Shown: positions 10,241 through 20,336, counted from the stretch's first letter. The stretch is DNA of 64,000 nt from an uncultured Spirochaetota bacterium (GCA_963820525.1 CAWGAA010000003.1:1-64000), one strand, 5' to 3'. Notes: generated by a model not told the origin, from the letters alone. Made by a program: numbers and translations.

Positions 10241-11557
10241 ATGGCCGAGATTACCCTCAAAGACGTCCTTGATTATCATACGACGGGAAGACCGGGCAAG
10301 ATCGAGGTCGTGCCCACGAAAAAGCTTGACACCCAGCGCGACCTTTCCCTCGCCTATTCCCCCGGCGTTGCCAAGGCGGTGGAGCAGATCGAGCGGCATC
10401 CCGAAGCCGCCTACGAGATCACGGCCCGGGCAAACCTGGTGGCGGTGGTGTCAAACGGCACCGCGATCCTCGGTCTGGGAAACCGCGGCGCCCTGGCTTC
10501 GAAGCCCGTCATGGAAGGCAAGAGCGTTCTCTTCAAGAAGTTCGCCGACATCGATGTTTTCGACCTTGAGCTGGATACCCTGGACCCCGAGGAGCTGGTC
10601 CGCGTGGTGCGGATCCTTGCCCCGACATTCGGCGGGATCAACCTTGAGGACATCAGGGCTCCCGAATGCTTCTTCATCGAAGAAGAGCTCAAAAAGGCCC
10701 TCGATATCCCGGTCTTCCACGACGATCAGCACGGCACTGCCATCATCTCGGGGGCGGCGCTGGCGAACGCCCTCGAGATCACGAGAAAGGCCATCTCCTC
10801 TCTCAAGGTGGTGGTCTGCGGCGCGGGAGCCGCGGCCGTGGCGTGCGCCGAGTTCTCCGTGATGATGGGGGTACCGCGCGATGCGATCCGGCTCGTTGAC
10901 ACCAAGGGTGTGGTCTACCGCGGGCGGACGGATAACATGAATCCGTACAAGGCGCGGTTCGCCGTCCAGACCGGTGAACGCACGCTGGAAGATGCCGTCC
11001 GCGGGGCGGATGTCTTCCTCGGACTGTCCGCCGCGGACCTCCTCACCCCCGAGATGCTCCGCTCCATGGCGCCCAACCCGGTGATATTCGCTCTCGCCAA
11101 CCCCGATCCCGAGATCCGCTACGAGCTTGCCAGGGAGACGAGACCGGATGCCATTGTGGGCACGGGGCGGAGCGACTACCCAAACCAGATCAACAACTTG
11201 CTTGGCTTCCCCTTCATCTTCCGCGGGGCCCTGGACGTGCGTGCGCGGGCCATCAACGACGAGATGAAGCTCGCCGCCTCCAAGGCCCTCGCGCTCCTGG
11301 CGCACGAAGACGTTCCGGAGTGCGTCCTGGAGGCTTTCGGCGTTTCCTCTCTCCGATTCGGCCCCGACTACCTCATCCCGAAGCCCCTGGACCCGAGAAT
11401 CCTCTTCTGGGAGGCCCCCGCCGTCGCCCAGGCCGCGATGAGCTCGGGGGTGGCGCGCGTGCCGGTGGATCTCGCCTCCTACCCCGCCCTTCTCAGCGAA
11501 CGGCGCAAACACTGCGCACGGCGGTGCCGGTTCGTCGATTCCTGCCTTCCGATCTAG
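10241..11557 (+). CDS. maeB: NAD(P)-dependent malic enzyme (MaeB-type malic domain, no PTA domain)
   Basis: [40 protein letters not shown] and [11 protein letters not shown]. Only 438 aa. Confidence 0.93.
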   Translation: MAEITLKDVLDYHTTGRPGKIEVVPTKKLDTQRDLSLAYSPGVAKAVEQIERHPEAAYEITARANLVAVVSNGTAILGLGNRGALASKPVMEGKSVLFKKFADIDVFDLELDTLDPEELVRVVRILAPTFGGINLEDIRAPECFFIEEELKKALDIPVFHDDQHGTAIISGAALANALEITRKAISSLKVVVCGAGAAAVACAEFSVMMGVPRDAIRLVDTKGVVYRGRTDNMNPYKARFAVQTGERTLEDAVRGADVFLGLSAADLLTPEMLRSMAPNPVIFALANPDPEIRYELARETRPDAIVGTGRSDYPNQINNLLGFPFIFRGALDVRARAINDEMKLAASKALALLAHEDVPECVLEAFGVSSLRFGPDYLIPKPLDPRILFWEAPAVAQAAMSSGVARVPVDLASYPALLSERRKHCARRCRFVDSCLPI

Positions 11558-11943
11558 CTCTGCTCCACCGGAAGCACTTCGAGGATCCGCGACCCGATCT
11601 GCTGGCCGTCGATGAAGAAGAGGACCATGTAGGAACCCGCCTGGGGAAAGACGGCGTTGCCCACCTGGATCACGAGCTCCACAACCCGGCGCTGACTGTC
11701 GACGTTTATCTCTCCCGCGGCCGAGAAGACGACCTGCTGCGTGGAATCGGAGACGAGGTTGACGGAGAAGGAGTGCTCTCCCGAGAGGTTCGTGACGGCA
11801 GCGTAGATGAACCAGGGAGGGAGGATGGCCGGAAACTGGCGCACGTTGAAGCGGGTGAATGTGCCGATGATCCCTTTCTTCTGGTTATCCTCGGTGATGA
11901 CTCTGTCCGCCATGAGCAGCGCCACGAATACGGGCTCCGGCAT
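11554..11943 (-). CDS. Small all-beta hypothetical protein (DUF6941-like)
   Basis: ATG with GGAGG RBS. Pattern [21 protein letters not shown]...FPQAGSY. Confidence 0.7.
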   Translation of the reverse strand: MPEPVFVALLMADRVITEDNQKKGIIGTFTRFNVRQFPAILPPWFIYAAVTNLSGEHSFSVNLVSDSTQQVVFSAAGEINVDSQRRVVELVIQVGNAVFPQAGSYMVLFFIDGQQIGSRILEVLPVEQS

Positions 11944-12201
11944 CGTGCCCTCCTTCCTTTCGGACGGTCGATTGTACCAAAGGCCTGCACACAAGGGAAC
12001 AGGCTCGCCGACGGCCCGCCTCTCCCATCCAGCCCTGCTGAGGAGCGCCTGCGCCGTGACGGGCCGCTCGCTCGCCGCCATGCGCTCGATCCGCGCGCGC
12101 TCTGTCGCTACTCCCGCGAGATATCCTGCCATGGCGGCGGGAACGATTCCGAGAATGTCACATCCTACGCGGCGGCCGCTCCGGCGGGGAGCGCGTTTTC
12201 C

Positions 12202-12230
12202 TTGACGGCTAGCACTACCCGTGGTAGCAT
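12202..12230 (+). promoter_or_regulatory. sigma70-type promoter with internal inverted repeat; probable leaderless transcript
   Basis: TTGACG-17 bp-TAGCAT, with ATG 6 nt after the -10. CTACC-CGT-GGTAG palindrome overlaps the spacer and -10. Confidence 0.6.
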
Positions 12231-12236
12231 CGCACC

Positions 12237-12380
12237 ATGGGAAGCATATTGATTCGGCAGGTGCCCGATCCCGTCCACCAGAGCTTCAAGAAACTCTGTC
12301 AGAAAAAAAACACGAGCATGGAAAAAGAGATCATTCGGCTTCTTCAGAGAGAAGTGGACAAAGGCTCCCGCAAGAAGTAG
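12237..12380 (+). CDS. 47-aa ribbon-helix-helix (Arc/FitA-like) DNA-binding protein, absent from the ORF track
   Basis: MGSILIRQVPDPVHQSFKKLCQKKNTSMEKEIIRLLQREVDKGSRKK: an alternating hydrophobic beta-strand, a helix, an 'SME' turn and a second helix. Confidence 0.75.
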   Translation: MGSILIRQVPDPVHQSFKKLCQKKNTSMEKEIIRLLQREVDKGSRKK

Positions 12381-12404
12381 GAAGGCGCTCAAGCCAGGCC
12401 GGCC

Positions 12405-12614
12405 ATGACCTTCAGCTCATGGTTTTCAGCGCTGCCTCTCATCCTGAAACTCCTGGTCATCCTCGGAATCGTCGTGGGATCCTTTGGCATCGGGGCCTCA
12501 TTCGTCGTTTCAACCGTCAGGGCATGGACTTTCCTGGGAGAGGCCATCTCCCGCCGGATGAAGGACGGCAAGGGCAAGGCTGAAGACGAAGGCGACCGGG
12601 GGCCTCGCCGCTAG
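12405..12614 (+). CDS. Small membrane protein
   Basis: Long hydrophobic segment followed by a charged tail; starts 24 bp after the RHH gene. Confidence 0.6.
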   Translation: MTFSSWFSALPLILKLLVILGIVVGSFGIGASFVVSTVRAWTFLGEAISRRMKDGKGKAEDEGDRGPRR

Positions 12615-12641
12615 GCGGCACGGCTCCCGGCGATTCGTCGC

Positions 12642-13322
12642 CTAGCGCGGACTCTCCCCATCCTGCCCGGCGTCCAGCCGGACGTAGATGTCGCCCGCCA
12701 ACCGCTCGTCGACGGCAAACTGCGAATAGCCGACCTGGAAGCTGAATGACGGCACCCGGCCGATGAGGGAGATGGGGGCGCCGGGGAGGATTCCCATGGC
12801 AAGGAGCTTCTGGACCGCGTGCGGGTCCTCGGAGTGGACATAGACGATGGTTCCCGCCTGGCCCGGCATGAGGCCGGCGAGCGGCCCCACGACCTTGTCG
12901 GAGCTCTCCCGCGCTTCCCGGCAGCAGCGCCCCGGCGGGATCGGCTTTCCGTGCGGGCAGACGTGGGGATGGCCGAGGAGCGTGCAGATCTTTTCGTCGA
13001 TGCCCTTGTGCAGCATGTGCTCGAAACGGCAGGCGGACTCCTCGGAGAGCTCGCCCTTCACGTCCAGGATGTCGATGAACAGGCGTTCGGCGAGGCGGTG
13101 GCGCCTCACCATGGTCCGCGCCTCCTCCAGCCCCGGCTCGCGAAGCGAGAGCTTTCCCGCCGACACGGAGAGAAACGAGAGCCGGACGAGCTCTGTAGCG
13201 GCCTCGCCGGCATCATCGACTCCCAGCTCCCCCACGGTAGCGGAGGGCTTGCCCTTCTCGAAGGTCGCGATCCACAGCCGCTCCAGGATCTCCTCGTGCT
13301 TTTCTCCCAGCGCTTCTTTCAT
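12642..13322 (-). CDS. DtxR/MntR-family metal-dependent regulator with C-terminal FeoA/SH3 domain
   Basis: RRHRLAERLF, ACRFEH, CPHGKPIP, then a FeoA-like KLLAMGILPG. The true start ATG at 13322 overlaps the feoB stop. Confidence 0.88.
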   Translation of the reverse strand: MKEALGEKHEEILERLWIATFEKGKPSATVGELGVDDAGEAATELVRLSFLSVSAGKLSLREPGLEEARTMVRRHRLAERLFIDILDVKGELSEESACRFEHMLHKGIDEKICTLLGHPHVCPHGKPIPPGRCCREARESSDKVVGPLAGLMPGQAGTIVYVHSEDPHAVQKLLAMGILPGAPISLIGRVPSFSFQVGYSQFAVDERLAGDIYVRLDAGQDGESPR

Positions 13323-15334
13323 TGGAGCACCCCCGTGAGCCTGACCAGCCTGTCCACCGCGAAGCCCGCGGCGAAAGCGAAAGGAATGATGAATGCCACG
13401 ATCGCGACGCTCGTCTTCCATCCCCTCTCCTTCGCCATGACGGCGAACTGCGCCACGCAGGGGATGAAGAGGGTGAGGGTGATCGCCGCGACCAGGAGCT
13501 GCCGGTAGGAGAGCAGGCCCTGCTTGGCAAGGTCGAAGAGCCCCGCCGCCCCGTAATCGCGGCGGAAGAACCCGAAGAGGAAGGCGGATCCCGCCTGGGG
13601 CGGCAGGCCGAGAGCTTCCATGACGGGCTTCATGGCGCGAATGAGAAGCTGGAAGAGCCCCGTAATCTGGCCGAGCCAGACGGCCACGCTCACAAGCAGG
13701 AAAACGGGAATGATCTCCCGCAGGTACCAGCGCATGCGGGAGTAGGTCTTGGTGAGGACGTTGCCCAGGCGAGGAAGGCGAATGGGGGGAAGCTCCATGG
13801 CGAAGCTGGGCGGAGCGCCGGGCAGAATGCGGGCCGAGAGCCATCCCACGAGGAGAAAGACTGCGAGGATCACGAACGCCCAGATGGCCAGCGCGATCGG
13901 CGAGCGGGAGAGCAGGGCCAGGATGACCCCGAGCTGGGCAGAGCAGGGGATGGCAAGCGCGAGGAGCAGCGTGGCGATGACCCTCTCCCGGCGCGTCTCC
14001 AGGGTGCGCGTCACCAGGGTCGCCATGGTGTCGCAGCCGAACCCGAGGATGACGGGGATCACGGCGCGGCCGTTCATCCCGATGCGTTTGAACGCCCTGT
14101 CCACCAGAAGAGCGATCCGCGGAAAATATCCGCTGTCTTCCAGTATGGAAAAGGCGAGGAAAAAGGTCCCCACGATCGGCAGGATGATGGCCAGGGCGTA
14201 TCGGAAGCCGAGGGTCAGAACCCCGTAATCGCCGACGAAAAGGTCGCTCACGACCTTCCAGGGCACGAAGCGCGCGAACAACGATACGAGGAATGGATTG
14301 ATGATGCGGCCGAAGAGGGTGCCCTCGATGAAGGTGACCAGGGTGCCGGCGCCGAATATTCCCACGAACCAGTAGAGGCCCAGAAGAACGAGGAGGAGGA
14401 GCGGCACCCCTGTGAGCGGCCGGATCATGAGCCTGCTCACCGTCTCCCCGATCCGCCGCTTGCCGGCGGCGGTGGCGTCGAAACAGCGCTCCAGGATCTG
14501 CCGCACGCGCTCCTGCCTGTGGGAGCTTATCGCGGTGCACAGGGAAGCGTGTGACGCTTCCGCGCTCCGCACCGCCTCCTCGATGTCCGCCGCCGCCTTT
14601 CCCTCCCGCGAGGCGACCAGGACGGCTATCTCGCTGTCCCGTTGAAGGAGCAGGAGGGCTATCGCCCGCCTGGAAAAGCCATAGTCCGAGGAAAGAAGGC
14701 GGGATATCCTCGCGATTGCGGTCTCGATTGCCGGATCGTAGCTGACAGGGGAAGCAGCCGGGAGGCATTCCCCTGACAGCCGCCGGGTGAGCTCATCGAG
14801 CCCCAGGGAGAGCACGCCCGAAGTCTTTGCGACGCCGACGCCGATCTCCCGCTCCAAGACCTCGGCGTTCACGGAGAGCCCCGCTTTTTCAGCCTCGTCC
14901 ATGATGTTGAGGTCGAGCACGACGGAGAGGCCCGCCTCGATGAGCTGGAGGGTGAGGCTGAGCATGCGCTGGAGGTTCTTGGTGTCCACGACGTGCACGA
15001 CGAGGTCCGGCTTCTCTTCCAAAAGGAGCCTGCGCGTCACCCTTTCCTCGTCGGTGATGGAAAGAAGCCCATACATCCCCGGAGTGTCGATGACTTCCTG
15101 GATCCGGCGCGCCTTTCCATTGCCTGCGGCTGCCTTGGCCAACCCCCGGGAAAGCTCCACCGTGGTCCCGGGATAGTTGGAAACCACCGCGTAGGCCCCG
15201 GTCAGCCTGTTGAAGATCACGCTCTTTCCGACGTTGGGGTTTCCGACGAGGGCGATCTTGCGCGCGCAGCCATCGGCGTGAGAAGCGCCGCCGCCGTGGC
15301 AGCCGCGCCTATTTCCTGCCAGAGCGAGCGCCAT
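13319..15334 (-). CDS. feoB: Ferrous iron transporter FeoB
   Basis: GNPNVGKS, NYPGTTVE, DTPG, LEDSGY, GFGCD and IPCSAQ. Confidence 0.96.
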   Translation of the reverse strand: MALALAGNRRGCHGGGASHADGCARKIALVGNPNVGKSVIFNRLTGAYAVVSNYPGTTVELSRGLAKAAAGNGKARRIQEVIDTPGMYGLLSITDEERVTRRLLLEEKPDLVVHVVDTKNLQRMLSLTLQLIEAGLSVVLDLNIMDEAEKAGLSVNAEVLEREIGVGVAKTSGVLSLGLDELTRRLSGECLPAASPVSYDPAIETAIARISRLLSSDYGFSRRAIALLLLQRDSEIAVLVASREGKAAADIEEAVRSAEASHASLCTAISSHRQERVRQILERCFDATAAGKRRIGETVSRLMIRPLTGVPLLLLVLLGLYWFVGIFGAGTLVTFIEGTLFGRIINPFLVSLFARFVPWKVVSDLFVGDYGVLTLGFRYALAIILPIVGTFFLAFSILEDSGYFPRIALLVDRAFKRIGMNGRAVIPVILGFGCDTMATLVTRTLETRRERVIATLLLALAIPCSAQLGVILALLSRSPIALAIWAFVILAVFLLVGWLSARILPGAPPSFAMELPPIRLPRLGNVLTKTYSRMRWYLREIIPVFLLVSVAVWLGQITGLFQLLIRAMKPVMEALGLPPQAGSAFLFGFFRRDYGAAGLFDLAKQGLLSYRQLLVAAITLTLFIPCVAQFAVMAKERGWKTSVAIVAFIIPFAFAAGFAVDRLVRLTGVLQ

Positions 15335-15788
15335 TTGCTTTCCCTTTCGAGTGGGTTTTCCTGCAGGAGGGACAGTACCCGAAGAGCTCCATTCGATGGC
15401 TCACGGGCAGGAATCCGTTCCCCCGCGCAACCTCGGCCTGAAGCCGCTCGATCTCGGGCACGTCGAACTCGACCACCGCGCCGCAGTCCAGACAGATGAG
15501 GTGGTCATGGTGCCCGTCTCCCGTGTTCTCGTAGCGCCTGCGCCCTTCGCCGAAGTCCCGCTGGGCAAGCAGCCCCTTGGAGGTGAAGAGCTTCAAGGTT
15601 CGATAGACGGTGGCAAGACCGATGCGCGGCTCCTCCTCATGGGCCAGAGCGTGGAGCTCTTCTGCGCCCAGGTGCCCTCCCCGCGACAACAGGATATCCG
15701 CGATGAGAAGGCGCCGGCTCGTGGCGGTGATGCCCCGCTGGCGCAGCATCACGTCCACCTCCCCCTCCCTGATCCTCCGTTTCGCCAT
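15309..15788 (-). CDS. fur: Fur-family regulator
   Basis: IGLATVYRTL, HHDHLICLDCG and GYCPSC. Confidence 0.93.
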   Translation of the reverse strand: MAKRRIREGEVDVMLRQRGITATSRRLLIADILLSRGGHLGAEELHALAHEEEPRIGLATVYRTLKLFTSKGLLAQRDFGEGRRRYENTGDGHHDHLICLDCGAVVEFDVPEIERLQAEVARGNGFLPVSHRMELFGYCPSCRKTHSKGKANGARSGRK

Positions 15789-15802
15789 CTTTCTCCCCTT
15801 CA

Positions 15803-15824
15803 AATGAGAATGATTCTCATTATC
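15803..15824. promoter_or_regulatory. Fur box
   Basis: Perfect 9-1-9 palindrome AATGAGAAT-G-ATTCTCATT (15803-15821). The minus strand reads GATAATGAGAATCATTCTC, 17/19 to the consensus GATAATGATAATCATTATC. It lies just downstream of TTGACA(15858)-17 bp-TATCAT. Confidence 0.88.
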
Positions 15825-15922
15825 GCCTCATGATAAGAGAAAAGCCCGCTTCTGTCAATTGCTTCGAATGGATGTCTGCGGGACGAAAGTGGGCAACCGA
15901 CGGGCGCCGCTCGGCCCGCCGG

Positions 15923-16129
15923 TCATTTCGCGGAAACGAGCGCCTCCGCCTCCTGCTGCAGCTTGCCGTGGCTCAAGGCGGCCTTGCAGGTCTTGCATAT
16001 CTTGATGGTCTTTTCCTTCACAGTCACCTCGTAGACCACCTTCACCGCGGTGCGCTTGCACAGGGGACAGGTGGCACGGCCGTGGCTCACCAGGGTGACG
16101 AGGCCTTTGCCGCGATGGGTCTTCGCCAT
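15923..16129 (-). CDS. Small basic zinc-ribbon protein
   Basis: GAGGAGG RBS, CPLC and CKTC pairs, Lys-rich. Confidence 0.8.
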   Translation of the reverse strand: MAKTHRGKGLVTLVSHGRATCPLCKRTAVKVVYEVTVKEKTIKICKTCKAALSHGKLQQEAEALVSAK

Positions 16130-16378
16130 TGTTCCTCCTCTTGTCGAAAACGCCCGGTGAGATAGTACCGGCCGCGAGGGGCAGAGTCAAGCCGGCGGGC
16201 CGGTCCTGTATCAAGGCGGGCCGGTCCTGCCGCGCGCTGCCGGCGCAGAAGCGGCCAAAGGGCGCGCGACAGTTGAGGATTTTCGGCCGGAGATCACGAC
16301 GCGCGCAGCGCGGAGCCGGGGGCCTGCCCGAAGTTTGTCTCTCTCACATCCGCCTTCTATATTGAAAACAGAGAGCAT

Positions 16379-17242
16379 ATGGAAAAGCGGTGGATTGCAT
16401 TGAGTCTTGCGCTTCTTGCGGCGCGATTCGCGGCGGCGGATTCCCCGCCAATGACCCGGCAGGAACTCAGCTACGAGGTCAAAGCCGGCGAGAGAGTGAG
16501 GGACCTGTGCGCGAGGCTCGAGAAGCAGGGGGTCTCCTCGACCGCCCTCTTCCTCCGCGTCGCCTCAAGCGAAGCGTTCCCCTCCTACCCCTTCGTCCCC
16601 CTGCCTCGGCCTGCGATCGACAGGTTCGAGGGGCTTTTCACTCCCGGCGCCTATTTGCTGTCGCTGCCGGAAGCGGCGGGATCTCTCTCTGCCCCGGAAA
16701 AGCTTCTCGTGACCAGGCGGATCGTGAGCCAGCTCCTGTCGGCGAGCTCCCGAAGGTACCGCGGATTGAGCCCGCGCCACGGCCTGAACCTCTACGCTCT
16801 GGCCACCCTGGCCAGCATCGTGGAAAAGGAAGCAGTTGTAGGCAGGGACGACGACAAGGTGGCCTCCGTCTTTTTCAACCGGATGAAGGCCGGAATGACC
16901 CTCTCCTCCTGCCCATCGGTGGAGTACTTCCTGGGGTACCACCGGCCATATCTCACCCGTGCCGACATCGCAATCGATTCGCCTTACAACCTCTATCTTC
17001 ATAGAGGATTGCCGCCCACTCCGATCGCGTTCTTCTCAGACGGGGCGCTCAAGGCCGTTCTCGATCCGGCGGAAACTCCCTTCGAGTTTTTCACCTTCGA
17101 CTGGGCTGCGGGGCGGCTGTATTTTGCCAGGGACTACGCGAAACATCTCTTGAACACGGAGCAGGCACAGAGGAACTTCATCCGCATGTACGGCGCCCAG
17201 GCGATGTTTCGGGAGTACCCGGGCACGTTCTACGCATACTGA
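16379..17242 (+). CDS. mltG: MltG (YceG)-like endolytic transglycosylase
   Basis: FEGLFTPGAY, LASIVEKE, VASVFFNR and SPYNLYLHRGLPPTPI. Confidence 0.85.
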   Translation: MEKRWIALSLALLAARFAAADSPPMTRQELSYEVKAGERVRDLCARLEKQGVSSTALFLRVASSEAFPSYPFVPLPRPAIDRFEGLFTPGAYLLSLPEAAGSLSAPEKLLVTRRIVSQLLSASSRRYRGLSPRHGLNLYALATLASIVEKEAVVGRDDDKVASVFFNRMKAGMTLSSCPSVEYFLGYHRPYLTRADIAIDSPYNLYLHRGLPPTPIAFFSDGALKAVLDPAETPFEFFTFDWAAGRLYFARDYAKHLLNTEQAQRNFIRMYGAQAMFREYPGTFYAY

Positions 17243-17338
17243 CGCCTTCCGGGGCTCCATTTTCCCTTCTTTCATTCTTCCCGATTCTCCGTATAATAAT
17301 GCCGGGAGAGGGTTTCGGCTTTGCGCAACGAAATCAGA

Positions 17339-18073
17339 ATGTCCGCGTTTCTCAGGATCGCCGCCGCCACGCTGTTTGGATACTTTTTCGGGTACCTCAG
17401 CACCGCCATCCTGGTGAGCATCGGGATCGCGGCATCGACGCTCGGCATCCGGAGCTTCATCCTTCCCGGCGTGGCGTTCTGGGGGAACCTCCTGTTCCTC
17501 TACGTTGGAAGACGCCTCCACGTGAGCGGCCGTGCCAACCGGGCCGCGGGCAAGGCGTACCTCGTTCTCGCCAATCACTCCAGCTTCTACGACATACCGG
17601 CCCTCATGGCCGTTGTTCCGGACGCGGCGCTGGTAGGGCGGGAAAAGCTGATGCGGATACCCGTTTTTCGAACCCTTTTGAAGCTCGTCCGCTATATCCC
17701 CATCGATACGGACCGGGTTCGAAAGGCTCACGAGGCCATCGTGGATGCCGCCCACAAGGCCCGGCAGGGGCACTCCATAGCGATGTTCCCCGAGGGAACG
17801 CGGACGCCGGACGGGAAGGTGCAGAAGCTGAAGCGCGGATTCATCTACGTCCTTCGGGAAAGCCGTCTCGACGTTCTTCCCGTCACCATCCGCGGCACCT
17901 TCGCCTTGAAGCCGAAAAGCCGTTTTTCGATAGACCCTTGCGAGCCGATCGAGGTCATCGTTCATCCCCCCATTCCCAACAGGGATCTCTGCGGGCTCCC
18001 TGATCAGCTCATCATGGAAAAAGTCAGAAGCGCGATAGAAGATGGAAAAGGAGGCATTCATGAGCCTGAGTGA
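17339..18073 (+). CDS. plsC: 1-acyl-sn-glycerol-3-phosphate acyltransferase
   Basis: NHSSFYD and FPEGTR motifs. Confidence 0.88.
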   Translation: MSAFLRIAAATLFGYFFGYLSTAILVSIGIAASTLGIRSFILPGVAFWGNLLFLYVGRRLHVSGRANRAAGKAYLVLANHSSFYDIPALMAVVPDAALVGREKLMRIPVFRTLLKLVRYIPIDTDRVRKAHEAIVDAAHKARQGHSIAMFPEGTRTPDGKVQKLKRGFIYVLRESRLDVLPVTIRGTFALKPKSRFSIDPCEPIEVIVHPPIPNRDLCGLPDQLIMEKVRSAIEDGKGGIHEPE

Positions 18074-18998
18074 GGGGTGGGTGTTCATCGTCAATCCCGT
18101 CGCGGGAAACGGGTACGGAGCGGGATGCGCCGGCATCATCAAGGAGATGATGAAGCGCCATGGGGTCTCCGGGGAGATCGTGCTCACCCGCGCCAAGGGG
18201 CACGCCACGGAGCTGTCCGCCTCCTTCGCGGAAAAGGGCTTCCCGAGAATCATCGGCGTCGGCGGCGATGGGACGATGAACGAGGTTGCCCAGGCGCTTG
18301 TCGGCCGCGAGGAGGTGGTTTTCGGGGCCGTGGCGGCGGGCACCGGAAACGACTTCATCCACATCCTCGGCTTCCCCGACCGCTTCGGGGACGGCGAGTG
18401 GCAGGCGCTCTTCGACGCCAAGGCGGCGCGCATGGACGTGGGGCGCTGCAATGGCAAATACTTCTTCAATGGAATGGGCCTGGGATTCGACGCCCAGGTT
18501 GCCTTCGAGAATTACTCGGTGGACGATGGAGGGGCCGTCCGCTCGGGGAGCAAGTCAAAGTACTTCTGGCACATCCTCAAGACCATCTATCTCTACAAGG
18601 AAAAGGACATGCGGCTGACCCTCAACGGCGTTACGGAAAACAGAAAATGCTTCCTCAACACCATCGCCAACGGGAGGAGGCTTGCGGGCGGCTTTACCCT
18701 GACGCCGAAGGCCATGGCGGACGACGGGCTGCTCGACCTCTGCTTGGCGGATCCTCTCTCCCTCCCCATGCGGCTGCGGGAGCTTGCCGCCGTGATGAAC
18801 GGCACGCACCTCAAGGACTCCGTGTTCCACTACTACCAGGTCCCGGGATTGACGGTCGAGTTCGACACGGAAGTCCCCGCGCACCTCGATGGGGAGCTCA
18901 TCTTCGACTCGCGCTTCCAGATCGATGTCGTGGCCAAGGGCCTCAGGGTGATCATCAATCCGCGGGGAGAGCACTACTTTCTCCGGCCCGCGCCTTGA
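18060..18998 (+). CDS. Diacylglycerol/lipid kinase family protein (YegS-like)
   Basis: IVNPVAG, GGDGTMNEV, GTGNDF and HLDGE. Confidence 0.92.
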   Translation: MSLSEGWVFIVNPVAGNGYGAGCAGIIKEMMKRHGVSGEIVLTRAKGHATELSASFAEKGFPRIIGVGGDGTMNEVAQALVGREEVVFGAVAAGTGNDFIHILGFPDRFGDGEWQALFDAKAARMDVGRCNGKYFFNGMGLGFDAQVAFENYSVDDGGAVRSGSKSKYFWHILKTIYLYKEKDMRLTLNGVTENRKCFLNTIANGRRLAGGFTLTPKAMADDGLLDLCLADPLSLPMRLRELAAVMNGTHLKDSVFHYYQVPGLTVEFDTEVPAHLDGELIFDSRFQIDVVAKGLRVIINPRGEHYFLRPAP

Positions 18999-20286
18999 GG
19001 TAGTCGCTTCGCGTCACCAGGCCGATCACCTTCCCCTCTTCCACAATGGGGATGTAGAAGATCGTGTGCTTGAAGAAGATGCTCTCGATCTCCCGCAGCG
19101 TCGTCTCTCGCGTCCCCGAGATGATCTTCCTCGTCATGTAGGAGCGAACCGGCGCGCTCATCTGGCCGGAGCGCCGGCCCTTCATGATATCCCGCAGGCT
19201 CAAGAAACCGCAGAGACTGCCCGCGGGGTCCACCACGGGAGCTCCGGTCCTGTCGATCCTTTCCAGATACAGGGATGCCTCCTTCAGGCTCCAGGAATCC
19301 GGGATCGTGACGACGTCGCGGCACATGATCTTCTCAGCCATGAGGGCGGGAGCAAGGGCCACCCGCAGGTAGGCCTGCAGCGCGTGGAAGACAAGCCGGC
19401 CGGCCGAGTTTTTCACCAGTGCGGATGAGGCCTGGGAATGACCGCCGCCCCCGAAGGTGGCGAGCACGCGGGTCAGGTCTATCGTGCCCCGGGACCTCGC
19501 GATGATCAGGGTGTCGTTCTCCCGGGCGAAATAGAAAACGGCGAACAGCGCGTCGGGATTCTCCACCTCGAAGACCTTCTCCACCACCGCGGCGAGGCCC
19601 CCCGTCTGTCTCTCCATCTCCATGTAGCTCGTTATGATGAAGTGGCCGTGGACGGTCTGATAGGTCATCCTGTTCAACAGGGAATGAAAGAGGGTGATCT
19701 GGGACTCGTCCTTGAGCGACTGCAGGAAGGTCCGCACGAGGGAGAGAGAGGCCCCGTGCTCCAGCAGGTAGCCGGCCACGGTGAAATCGGCCTCCGTCAC
19801 GTTTTCGTGGGTGAAGTTGCCGGTATCGGCGTAGATTCCCGTGAGCGCGATTGTTGCTTCCTCGGGGCTCAGCGCGAGAGACTGCTCGATGGCCTGGAGG
19901 CCAAGAAGGGTCGTGTTGGCGCCCGCGGCGGCATTGTGGATCACCGCTCCGGGAATATCGGATGCCTCGTCGGGGTGATGATCGAACACGTCGATGGACG
20001 CCGGGAGGGGCGAAACGGCCTGGAGGTACTCCTTCACCCGCGCATAGCATCGCGTGTCCACCACGATGATCCGCTCCACGGGCTCTCCCGCCAATTCATC
20101 CACCGAGGCGAGGTCCAGCTGAGGCCTGTAGAAATTGAAGAGATTCCTGGCCACGGGATGAATGAGGTTGCTCGCTACGGCGCGATACTCCGGGTAGAGC
20201 CGTCGGGCGAGAACAAGGGATCCCAGGCAATCGAGATCCATATTGGTATGTCCGACGATGATGCGCATCGGCCGAGCCCCGGCCAT
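18955..20286 (-). CDS. DHH/DHHA1 phosphoesterase with C-terminal CBS pair
   Basis: HTNMDLD, VVDT, DHH, IYADTGNF and GGGGHSQA, followed by CBS repeats. Confidence 0.85.
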   Translation of the reverse strand: MAGARPMRIIVGHTNMDLDCLGSLVLARRLYPEYRAVASNLIHPVARNLFNFYRPQLDLASVDELAGEPVERIIVVDTRCYARVKEYLQAVSPLPASIDVFDHHPDEASDIPGAVIHNAAAGANTTLLGLQAIEQSLALSPEEATIALTGIYADTGNFTHENVTEADFTVAGYLLEHGASLSLVRTFLQSLKDESQITLFHSLLNRMTYQTVHGHFIITSYMEMERQTGGLAAVVEKVFEVENPDALFAVFYFARENDTLIIARSRGTIDLTRVLATFGGGGHSQASSALVKNSAGRLVFHALQAYLRVALAPALMAEKIMCRDVVTIPDSWSLKEASLYLERIDRTGAPVVDPAGSLCGFLSLRDIMKGRRSGQMSAPVRSYMTRKIISGTRETTLREIESIFFKHTIFYIPIVEEGKVIGLVTRSDYLKARAGESSALPAD

Positions 20287-20336
20287 TGTAAACCATAACC
20301 GGCACCCGGAATCAAGAGAAGACCGGCGACGCCGGG

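Noticed and set aside
12642..14768. 708-aa ORF as a single protein
   Set aside because: The first ~480 aa are an alternative frame over feoB; the real gene starts at 13322.
16190..16230. Short direct repeat GGCGGGCCGGTCCTG in two copies (similar GC-rich repeats at 25030-25078)
   Set aside because: Short, GC-rich intergenic duplications with no further structure or recurrence.
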